Origin: Podarcis gaigeae
Taxonomy: Eukaryota
Assembly (NCBI GenBank): GCA_964106915.2
Contig: OZ066915.1
Length of the DNA stretch: 64,000 bases
Direction: 5' to 3' (one strand)
Made by a program: the position numbers and the translations under genes. Numbering within the stretch: the stretch's first letter is position 1; every line of letters begins with the position of its first letter. Positions 48,217 through 59,196 of the stretch are shown piece by piece. The notes below the pieces were generated by a model that had not been told where the DNA came from, did not search any database, and saw nothing but the letters and a program-made list of their open reading frames with translations.

Positions 48217-51200
48217 GTTTAGTGCAAAACAGTATGAAACACTGGTTGGGCTGATAAAACACAACTGAATACTCTTCTACGATTCCTTGATGTTTCAGAT
48301 AACTGCATGTGTTAAATTTCAAAAGACTTAGATGTAAAACCAATTGTGTGGGGCAGGGGAATCCTTGATCTTTATTGTTGAGTTTTGTGTTCACAGTGCA
48401 CTTAATTACTGAATGTCTTAATACTGAATGTCTCTTAAATGACTTAAGCAAAAAAGAAGGAAGGCCATCAAGTTAGACTCTTCAACTGCACTTAGAAAGA
48501 ATAATCCTGTGTTTGTTAGAAGTATTTGTATCCCTCCTTCTGTCTGGCAGAAAAGACTTCAATGCCGCGGACAGTAAATGGAAATTAATATTTAATAAAC
48601 ATAATATACTTGGTTAAGATAGTGGTGGTTCATGGTGGCTCTGCAGGGTGGAGGGGATGATGATGGAAAATGTCTGATCTCCTGGCTTTAGATGTTGCTA
48701 TAAATGTTGTCGTTGTTATTTATTAGCAACTTTACCATGGTACCGGGGGCGGGGGGAGCTTCAGAAGCATACAGTTTGTGCTAGCATTATTAGCATTTAC
48801 ATCTTAGGCCTGGTGGCAGTCAGCCATTTGATATTAAACCGCTACAGATTGCTGTGTAGTTGAGTTCTGAATCTGAAAGCAGGGATTTGCACCCGTATCT
48901 AGTCATGAAATCATATAGTGTAGGCTAGTGATACTTTTTCCCCATCATCAAGCACATGGCAGTTGCTTTTCAGATTGATTCGATTTTACCTAGCAACCTG
49001 GCTCTATGAAATGCTAAGAGTCAGAGAACAAAGGTATATTTCATCTGATATTTCCAAAGACAATTAAAGATGACTTAGTCTATCCTCCACGCTTTCCCCT
49101 CTTTCCCGCCAGTTCTTCCAGCTCACTAGAAATGCATATGAATGGTAAGATATAGGAATGCATTGTATTAAAACCTCCCATTTTCTTCTGTTCCACAAGG
49201 TGGCATCGCAGCGAGATGTCTCTTTGCTTTTAGTTTTTATGGTGTCTTTAGGGGAGAACAAAAATCATGGCTTTAATTTCTATCACCTAAATCGGTATGC
49301 GCTGCGCTGTATTAACTTCTTACAGGAACATTATTTTTTTACGGTGTTCCTCAGACTTTGCTGCAAACTTTAAATAAATCTGTGGGGTTTTTAAAATGTG
49401 GGTGACATCCTAAAATAATGTCCCTAGAAAGTAGGAGTATGCCCCCAGCTCTCACCTTATTCATCATTCTGGTGCAGTACCCACATTCTTTGGCTATTTT
49501 TCTCAGAAAGTCAACTGGCTTGATAAATTCAGGGCTGCAAGTAATCAGGTTTGTTCAGCTGATGCAAAGTATATATATTTTGACGAGTGAAAGTTCCATC
49601 CGCTTTATTTTTAGTATTGCGGGGAGCTTAGTTCAGTGTGACATGAAGTCAGCCTTTCCTGTGGCCGGTTTGCCAGAAGATTGTGCCAGCGTTCTTTCCA
49701 ATAACTGCACGGACAATTGCCTTGGGTCTGAACCAAAAGATGATTTCCCTGAAACAACTTTTTTCCCTGGTTTATGAGCTGTTCCATTTTTCTCTTTGCT
49801 CCTTTTCATGTTCCCTAAGCCCAGCTATCTGGGTATTTGGAATCACTTTCCATGATGTTACTACCATTTGGTTTGTGATGTTGGCAGATCTTATGCTATG
49901 AAGTGTGTGTGAATCCTCATACCGATAGCAGAGCAATGGACCAAGTTTGGAGAAAGGGCATAAAAACATAGTAACTTCTTTTTGTAAGATGGGAGGTGGG
50001 TTCTTATTTCAGCTGCTATTTACATAATAAAAATGTGCATTAATTTCATTCATGAAGTTAAGATCAGTCTAATTTGGCCCTGAGACATAGAGATAACTTG
50101 TCTGGATGGTGGCCAACAGTGGCCTTTGGCTGCAATGGGGCCCTGTAACTGCTGAGCTGTCATTTATTTCAGATTCAGACACCGGGACTGCTGCACTCAT
50201 ATATCATCCCCTTATGCCTGTCAAAATGTTTGTGCTTTTTGAGGACTTCAACTGCTGTGGCATGTTAATCAGAAGCTCAGATAATTGTGCCCAGCATGCT
50301 ATGATTTGCAGAGTTCAAGACCCTAAGCAGCAGTGGATGCTCACAAGACAGCATCGTTTCATACATATTTTTTTCTTCTTTATATCTTGTCAAGAGCATC
50401 ACAGATCCTAATATGCTCGCCTCCCACCACCATCAGATGCGCTCTCTCCTTTTCCCATTCTCCTCTGGTGAAGTGGAGTAAAGGATAAGTTGCTTGACTT
50501 GCCAAGGTCACCCAAACAGCCCCATGGCATGGCTATCATTAAACCTGTATCTCTGGAATTCTATCCCAATGCTTTAATCACTGAGCAACCTCTTTGTCAC
50601 TTGGCAGAAGTCCATGGTGAAAGCATTCAGAAAGAAATAGTCTGGACAGTAAAATCCTTCCAACTCCCACAGTCTCCCCAAAGAAAAATAAACCCCAAGC
50701 TTAGTTAATATTTTGTCTCGTTAGGCTTCCAAGAGCAGAAATCTAAAAATTTAGAGTGATAAGACGCAGGATTGTGAACTACTCTGGTAGGCAGTTTGGA
50801 TCTGATACTCATAATTATATCCTTGTTATTTACTCTTTCTTGAAACTCAGAAGAGGATTTGGCATGTCTAGTGAGAAAATGCTGTTGTGTGTCCCCCCCC
50901 CCCGCCCAGCCTTTCACCTTAAAGCAATGGGTAAGGGGGGTCTAGCATGCCTATGCAGGCTGGGTGAGCGGAAGAGGCCAGCAACACCTAGTTAATTACA
51001 TTTGCATATGCAGCTGTTCAAATAGAGCCTCTCTGGTGCCTGCTCTCACCTCGTGGGGGATTTGGAGCAGCTGTTGCTAGACCCGGCAATCTGGCTCTGC
51101 CATTGGAGGGCTGGGGTGCGTCCCCGGGACGCCCCCTCACCCATCTATCATTTCAAAGGCCAAGTAATTAGTTATATTTGAATACAAAGAGGGGAAACCT

Positions 51201-53146
51201 GGCATTGTGTGAACATCCAGGGGCAGCTGCTTATAGTTTGGTTTCCAAGGATACGTGTCCAGGAGTTAAATCACTGCTTGATATTTCTGGAAAAAGTGCA
51301 GAAATGTGATAATCAGAATTTGACGCCTGCTGTTTATTTTATAGCACATCCTGCAAGTCGGTGGAGGCTTCCCTGTGATTTTAGGTGGTTGTTTAATTTT
51401 CCTTTAAAAACAGAGAGAAAAAATACAATTGGCTATCGTGCTGAGGTTCTGTTGAGATCATGACTTAGTTTGTTTTGTTTTGTGGGAGCTGGGTGAAAAT
51501 CATATGTGGCCCGCTTTCCTGATTCTGCATGCGTTTTTTTGAAGCTCTTTAATTCCCTTCACCAGAAAGATGGGTATTTCAAAAGCAGATGCTAGGCAGC
51601 AGAAATATAGGGTGCAGATAGTAGAAGGATGGTGGAAAGGTCCAGGATAAAGACTTTCCCACTTATAAGGGCAATCTTAAGGTGCATGTCAGCCTCCAAA
51701 ATAGAGATGATAAGGATTCATAGTATTTCATTCCTAAAAGCAAGGACATCCAGGGTGCTTTTTCTCGGTTAAAGATACCTTGGTTAACATACCTTGTTCC
51801 ACCTAAAAGATTTCACATATCCAACCAGCCAGTCTGTTGCTGTTGCTGCTTTTCCTTTCCCTCCTCCTCCTTTCTTTTCATATCTGAAACAAAACCGAGA
51901 GAGCCATTAGGAGCAGTGCACACATCTTTCCCTCCACCACATGAAACCATGTGCAGTGTGAACTGGCCCTTCCTCATGAGTGCCTGATCACATGCAGGAC
52001 TGATCTGTAGCATTTCTGAACTTCAAGAAAATGGCGCGACAGTCACATAAACCAATAGTTTGTGCAGTTGGCCATTCATGCTGAGGGCCTGTTTGTGTAG
52101 TAGAGGAGAGGGACCAGCTCGTTTGCTCTTCATCCAACTGCAGCCCTACTGTTGGGCTATGATCTGGGGCCGAGGTATTGACCATTTTTTCAAATAAAAT
52201 GAAAGTGAAAAATTTATTTTTCAAATAAATGAGGAGGCCAATCTTGAGGAAAGCATCTGAATCCACGGTGTTGTGTGGTGGATTTCACTGTCTCATTGCT
52301 GCTGTAGATGGTGTTCAGTTAACTCTATCCTCCCTTTGGAGTCCTCAAAAAGAAGGAAGGGTGGAATAAATTGCCCCCCCCCCCCGCCGCTTTCACTAGA
52401 GAAATATAACTGCAAAGTAATTCGATTGCCAAAACAGTGGTGAGTGACATTGTGGATCTGTGATGCCTGTCCTGTAGATGTACATGGGACTGTAATGTTT
52501 GGAAAAAAGGGACACGTATCATTTCCCTGTATTCATCCTGGTCTGTGGAGTCTGGGCCAGAGACCTCTGTGGTGCATATGTGTTTCATGGAAAGTGCCAT
52601 AAGCCACACAAATCCCTGGTTACTCGAAAGGTCTTCTCTGTTGCAATTTTCAGTCTTCCCAGTCATATTCCTTGATGACTCAATATAACATTTGATGGCC
52701 TTTTCATATTTGCCATTGAAATGCGCTCCAAAGTTCTGCGGTCTCTCTCTCCCTTCATTTCGAGGGTTCAGATTTGCTCCTTGTCTCTGCTCTCCGTGGA
52801 TTCTCATCGTGGAGCAGGAGAGACTGCTTTAGGGTGGGTTTATTTACCTAATAAACTGGCTCTTGTATCGTCTAGGAAATGCTGACATTTTTGAAAGAGG
52901 AACTCCTAGTAACAGGCAAACAAAGGTCCAGCAGTTAGGTCTGGTGAAACAACGAAATGAAGGTCAGCGAATATTGCCCTCAGCCTCTTTCCCGGTGGCC
53001 ATGACAGCAGCGGAGGTTTATTTGAAGATCCCAGACTCAGAGTCATTGCTTGCATTGTCACCCATCTGAGCGTTCGAGTCTGTGCCAACAGTTTGGGATA
53101 TTAATGTATTCCACAGATCAGTGAAAAAAGGAATTCCTCTGCACGT

Positions 53147-53188
53147 CTTTCTTTTCTTTTCTTTTCTTTTCTTTTCTTTTCTTTTTTT
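53147..53188. repeat. (CTTTT)n pyrimidine microsatellite
   Basis: Read directly from the sequence. Confidence 0.9.
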
Positions 53189-55149
53189 GTTTTCCCTAAT
53201 TTCCCCCCCTCTCACTCCTTTCCATACACTTTGTTTGCAGTGCCTTTGTCTGGCGGATGTTGCTGGGCATTTCTAATGAGAAAGCAAAGAATTGTGGAGA
53301 GGGAGGGGGAGGGGTGTGTTAGCACTTTTAAAACATAAGGTGAAAGTTTTTTACAAGCTAGTCAGGTGCATAGAAATTCGTATTCTGGTTGGGATTGTGA
53401 ATGCAAATATACAGTAGAAAGCTCCCTTTCTGACACATAAATCTCCTTGATTTGCTTCCTGGAGCAAGAAAGTACTTTAGGAAAAATTAAACACTGCTGC
53501 TCCACAGGATGCCATGCCTCAGTGCTTCTTTAGTATTCATCCGTGCTTCATTACCACAGCCACCTCTCAGCCCACCCTGAGCAGCTGCTAAAAGGGGCAA
53601 AATTACAGCAATTCATACTGCGGGTGACTTACTGCCAGGGAATAATTGGTTTCTGTTTGCAAGGGACATTATCACAGTGAAGCTTGGAAAACAGAAATTG
53701 TTTGCTGGTTTTGGGGAGGGGGGTGTTCAATGGAATGTATTTATCAAGATTTTCACAGGATTTGTAGAAAGGGCAGCTCAGTGGAAAGAAAAGCTGTTGT
53801 TGTTCTTGCGAAGAGACAATTATCTAATAAAGAAATGGGTCGGGCAAAGGAATTTGCACAGGTTTCTTAAACGTATCTGTTTATGCGGCTTCCCTAGCAG
53901 GAATTGTACTTAATACTTAGATATTTTTTTTAATATATTCTTTGATCCTTCATGGAAATGTTAATGAGACGAAATGGGCTAAAGAGCTCTCCAGACACTG
54001 CCTGGAGAGGGAGGAATGAAATGCAGACCCTCTGGAGGGCTTCTGACACACAAGAAGTCCCTTTGTTTCCTGTTTTACAAACCAGAGACATGTCTAAAAT
54101 CAGCAGCAAAAGAGAGCAGGCTGAAGAGGCAGTGCCGAAGACTAGGCTTTCTATATTTTAAAGGGGGGGGGGGATTGTTTGTTGCTGGCTGTGAATGCCT
54201 TGGCGTGCTTGATGGGCAGTGTTCTGTGGCTGTTTGAAGTCCAGAATGAAGGTACTCAGAAGATGTGAGCAGGATGTGGTTAGGCCGTCTTTCACTTAGA
54301 CTTAATTAAGAATCCTGCAGGCTTTGTCTCTTGGGGAGCCTGTTTCTGTGAATAGGGAGCTTGGCCCCAAAATTGTATATACCAGGCCCACTGCCTTTGT
54401 GTTGGGTTGCCAAACTGAAGACAGTAGCAAGTGCAGGCCCCATGTTGCTGGAGGTCATCCTCTTGTTCGGAGAAGTGAGCCCACACCCCCAAGAGAAAGC
54501 GAGAGGAGCTGGAGGGAGCCTTTCTTAGGAACTGGAGAGTAACCAACCTTTATATATGTGTGCGTGTGTGTGTATAAATAAAAAGCCAGTGGGAGGTAGA
54601 AGAGGTTTTGTAACACTTTCCAGCGGATGATTGTTTAGCCTTAAGGAAGGTCAGAGGCTAAACCACAAAGGGCAAACACTTTTCCTCAAGGAGTCAACAC
54701 TGGGTCCATTTCTGTATGTGGGACTATATCTGGGGTTTCATACCCAGATATTAATGAGTCCAGGTATACAATTTATAACCTATGATGTTCCCTTCTAGAG
54801 GAGTGAGATTTATTTTTAATACTTTAATGATTAACAAAAAAAGTTTCATTGTTATTTTGGCTTTTCACAGGAGAAATCCTAGCACTTTGAGAGTGTTGTC
54901 CAAAGCTTAATGGCTGGCCTTCCATTTTCAGCAAAAACCTAAACTCCTGGTTATGGTTTTAGATAAGCCATAAGGTCAGGTCTTTCTATTCATTTGCATG
55001 AGAATTAATGCCTATAGAAGTGACCTTTGCCTCTCAGTTCATCAGAGGTCTTGGTAGTTGTAACTGTGTTTAGGGGAGAGAAGTCAAACAGGTGAATAGT
55101 GAAGTGGCCTGGATAGGCACTTGAAGGACTCTCTATCCTCTATCCCATA

Positions 55150-55300
55150 GGCTGTGAACATGATTGGATGAGGTAGGTCAGGAGCAGCCGCTGTGTTCCC
55201 CTCCAGATGTTCTGACCACCCTGCGTCATTGGCAATGCTGTCTGTGGTTGATGAGTTGCAGTCCATAACATCTAGAGGGACCAGGTTGGCTACCCTCGAG
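55150..55300. mobile_element. Degenerate short hAT-type MITE
   Basis: 'ccctccagatgtt … gatgagttgcagtcc.taacatctagagggaccaggttggctaccct'. Confidence 0.55.
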
Positions 55301-56678
55301 GTAGGGGTGATGTCTCTGCTAGAAAAGCAACTGAGAAGAAACTTGGACCATGCTCTTAACTTGCCATTCATGGGGCACAACGATAGAGAGAGTCTAACTC
55401 TGTGCATTCCTGCATGAGACTGGTAGTTTTAAATCTGTTTCATTCTGGCTTTAGGCCAGATTTGGGCCCAGAGACTTCTCTGCTTGTAGTGGACAATCTC
55501 AGCTGTTGCTACTATACCTGCTGATGCCATTTGACAGTAGCATCCTTCTGAATCATATTGCGGGGTTGAGGTGATTCTTCTTCCTTTCTGACTGGTATAA
55601 GAGGGTATTATTAACAGCTGTTCAGTCTATTTCCCCACCATTCTTGTTTCTGTTTTGGGGAGTGGAGATCCACTTGTGAATCAGCATCTAAAAGCTCTTG
55701 TGGTTAGATAAGGTGGAATAGACTTTAAGCAGAAGGCAGACAAGACTGAAGATGCAGTGCTTCCTTCCTTTCATACTCACTTAGAAGATCAGATACCTAA
55801 CCTAGAAATGTCCCTAGTGGCCATGGGTGCTTTTTTCCCTTACACTCAGTATTAGCTGCTGCAACTCTTATTGGAAGGTAAGACCTTCCTGGTGCTGGGG
55901 CGGGGGGGGGGTCATCACTCATACTTGAATTATCTTAAGAATATGATTGTATAATATGCTCTGTGTGAACATGCCTGGAAGCTTAGCTTATGCAAAACTT
56001 TACTTGTATGATGAGGTATGAGACACTACCTGCATATTTAAAAATTCCACTGGTTACATGCTTGCTTTTTAAGAACAATTCATGGTGGTTATTTATGAAG
56101 CCCTGCATGGCTAAGTCACAGGTATCTCAATAAACACATGCCATATTAAAGTATTCCACGTGTTTGGATCTTAAGGAGAGTTTCCTACTCTGTATATTTC
56201 TTTTTCCAAAGAGAGGGAGGCATTTAGTGGAGGCGTTCGTATTGAGAAATTTTGTTCTTTCATAGCAATATTAAAAATAGAACATTGGGGGTTGGAGTTT
56301 CTAAGTTTACTCTCAAGCTGAGTTGCTCTAGCCCAGGGGTCTGCAACCTTTAAGACAAAAAGAGCCACTTGGACCCGTTTCCGAAGAAAAAACAACAACT
56401 GGGAGCCGCAAAACCATTGCGACATTTAAAACAAATATAACACTGCATACATTGTTTCTTAGCCCAATGTTATCCTCGTCATTATAAAAATAACTTTTTT
56501 GACACTTTTTAATTATTTTTTGTTTGACCCCTCAGAATTACTCCTCCTCATAGAAATAAACGTTATATTAACAAGTTACCTTTTTTTGAGTGTGTGTTCT
56601 TCACTCCCCTTCAAAACAGTAGCTGCAAATTGCAAAGCAATAGCAGCAAATCAGCCAGCAACAAAGACATGCTATATA

Positions 56679-56910
56679 CCGTATTTTTCGCTCCATAGGA
56701 CGCACTTTTCCCCTCCAAAAATGAAGGGGAAATCTGTGTGCGTCCTATGGTGCGAATGCAGGCTTTCGCTGAAGCCTGGAGAGCGAGAGGCATCGGTGCG
56801 CACCGACCCCTCTCGCTCTCCAGGCTTCAGGAAGCTATCCGCAAGCCTTGCAAGCCCGGCGGGAGTTCCCACAGGCTCACAAGGCTTGCGGGCAGCAGCC
56901 TGCAGCTCCA
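56679..56910. mobile_element. Single end of a pogo/Tc2-like (TA|CCGTA…) non-autonomous element nested in the hAT element
   Basis: TA|CCGTATTTTTCGCTCCATAGGACGCAC followed by an inverted subterminal copy GTGCGTCCTATGGTGCGAA (about 56738-56756); no matching opposite end before 58730. Confidence 0.7.
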
Positions 56911-58626
56911 GCGAGTGTCCGCAAGCCTTGCGCGCCTGGCGGGAGCTCCCGCCAGGCGCGCGAGGCTTGGGGCGGCAGCCTGTTGCCCGAAGCACAGGGA
57001 GCCCTCCGGAGGGCTCCCCGTGCTTCAGGCGAGTGTCTGCAAGCCTTGCGCGCCCGGCAGGAGCTCCCGTCGGGCGCGCAAGGCTTGGGGCGGCAGCCTG
57101 TTGCCCGAAGCACAGGGAGCCCTCCGGAGGGCTCCCCGTGCTTCGGGCGAGTGTCTGCAAGCCTTGCGCGCCCGGCAGGAGCTCCCGTCGGGCGCGCGAG
57201 GCTTGGGGCGGCAGCCTGCCGCCCGAAGCACGCGGAGCCCTCCGGAGGGCTCCCCGTGCTTCGGGCGAGTGTCTGCAAGCCTTGCGCACCTGGCAGGAGC
57301 TCCCGTCGGGCGCGCGAGGCTTGGGGCGGCAGCCTGCCGCCCGAAGCACAGGGAGCCCTCCGGAGGGCTCCCCGTGCTTCGGGCGAGTGTCTGCAAGCCT
57401 TGCGCGCCCGGCAGGAGCTCCCGTCGGGCGCGCGAGGCTTGGGGCGGCAGCCTGTTGCCCAAAGCACAGGGAGCCCTCCGGAGGGCTCCCCGTGCTTCGG
57501 GCGAGTGTCTGCAAGCCTTGCGCGCCCGGCTGGAGCTCCCGTCGGGCGCGCGAGGCTTGGGGCGGCAGCCTGCCGCCCGAAGCACGGGGAGCCCTCCAGA
57601 GGGCTCCCCGTGCTTCGGGCGAGTGTCTGCAAGCCTTGCGCGCCCGGCAGGAGCTCCCGTCGGGCGCGCGAGGCTTGGGGCGGCAGCCTGCCGCCCGAAG
57701 CACAGGGAGCCCTCCGGAGGGCTCCCCGTGCTTCGGGCGAGTGTCTGCAAGCCTTGCGCGCCTGGCAGGAGCTCCCGTCGGGCGCGCGAGGCTTGGGGCG
57801 GCAGCCTGTTGCCCGAAGCACAGGGAGCCCTCCGGAGGGCTCCCCGTGCTTCGGGCGAGTGTCTGCAAGCCTTGCGGCCCGGCAGGAGCTCCCGTCGGGT
57901 GCGCGAGGCTTGGGGCGGCAGCCTGCCGCCCGAAGCACGCGGAGCCCTCCGGAGGGCTCCCCATGCTTCGGGCGAGTGTCTGCAAGCCTTGCGCGCCCGG
58001 CAGGAGCTCCCGTCGGGCGCGCGAGGCTTGGGGCGGCAGCCTGTTGCCCGAAGCACAGGGAGCCCTCCGGAGGGCTCCCCGTGCTTCGGGCGAGTGTCTG
58101 CAAGCCTTGCGCGCCCGGCAGGAGCTCCCGTCGGGCGCGCGAGGCTTGGGGCGGCAGCCTGTTGCCCGAAGCACAGGGAGCCCTCCGGAGGGCTCCCCGT
58201 GCTTCGGGCGAGTGTCTGCAAGCCTTGCGCGCCCGGCAGGAGCTCCCGTCGGGTGCGCGAGGCTTGGGGCGGCAGCCTGCCGCCCGAAGCACGCGGAGCC
58301 CTCCGGAGGGCTCCCCGTGCTTCGGGCGAGTGTCTGCAAGCCTTGCGCGCCTGGCAGGAGCTCCCGTCGGGCGCGCGAGGCTTGGGGCGGCAGCCTGCTG
58401 CCCGAAGCACAGGGAGCCCTCCGGAGGGCTCCCCGTGCTTCGGGCGAGTGTCTGCAAGCCTTGCGCGCCTGGCAGGAGCTCCCGTCGGGCGCGCGAGGCT
58501 TGGGGCGGCACCCTGCCGCCCGAAGCACAGGGAGCCCTCCGGAGGGCTCCCCGTGCTTCGGGCGAGTGTCTGCAAGCCTTGCGCGCCCGGCAGGAGCTCC
58601 CGTCGGGCGCGCGAGGCTTGGGGCGG
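56911..58626. repeat. GC/CpG-rich tandem array, 118-bp unit, 14 full copies plus a 65-bp partial copy
   Basis: Unit starts (GCGAGTGTC) at 56911, 57029, 57147, 57265, 57383, 57501, 57619, 57737, 57855, 57972, 58090, 58208, 58326, 58444, 58562; one unit is 117 bp. Confidence 0.97.
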
Positions 58627-59075
58627 GAACAAAGGAAAATGCGCCTCCTCCCCTCGCCTCCACCCCGGAGCCGCGGCAAAGGCGTTAAAGAGCCGCATGC
58701 GGCTCCGGAGCCGCAGGTTGCCGACCCCTGCTCTAGCCCTTCATTCTCTCTGCTGATACTTGTGCACACAGAAAAGAGAAAAATATTTGCACATGGATTA
58801 ACATTTTCTAGAACTTATTGCCATTTGTAGGGCAGGGAGAAAACAACAGGATTAGGCAGAGATTTGAATTAACGTACAGTCATTTTGGATTCTGGTTTAT
58901 GAGGTGAATTCATAGGTTTAATTTGCTGCCATGCAGTTTCCACAATGAGTTGCATTTGGAATGAGTTGCAGTTAAAGTTCTTTTGGGGAGAGAAACAGTC
59001 AGACTTCTGATTAACTGAGGCAACCCTAGTTAAAACTAAGGGTGAGTGCCCAAAACAAAATCCCTTATACTTTAT

Positions 59076-59196
59076 AGCAGCCTCCCTCAACCTTGGGTCC
59101 CCAGATGTTGTTGGACTACAACTCCCATCATTCCTAGCTAGCAGGACCAGTGATCAGGAATGATGGTAGTTGTAGTTGAGGGTTGAGAGAGGCTGC
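59076..59196. mobile_element. Short hAT-type MITE with an internal deletion
   Basis: 'gcagcctccctcaacct … agggttgagagaggctgc' inverted ends; 'ggactacaactcccatcat' core. Confidence 0.7.

Larger units (their letters stand above)
56334..58730. mobile_element. 2397-bp composite non-autonomous hAT element, same family as 27672-27975, inverted
   Basis: TIRs CAGGGGTCTGCAACC / GGTTGCCGACCCCTG; perfect 8-bp TSD CTCTAGCC (56326-56333 / 58731-58738); about 95 bp at each end homologous to the ends of the 304-bp copy. Confidence 0.95.

Noticed and set aside
56911-58626. CRISPR-like array of palindromic repeats
   Set aside because: There are no unique spacers (whole units are near-identical), no cas genes, and the context is a vertebrate intron.
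56679-58730. CpG-island promoter of a nested gene
   Set aside because: CpG density is explained by a young transposon-borne repeat that shows CpG-to-TpG decay, and no associated exon was identified.
56499-58830. Six overlapping ORFs of 557-729 aa on both strands
   Set aside because: The GC-rich 118-bp unit has no stop codon in any frame. The unit length is not a multiple of 3, so each ORF simply cycles through all three readings. The palindromes make both strands similar, and the sequence lies within a TSD-flanked MITE. It is not a credible gene.
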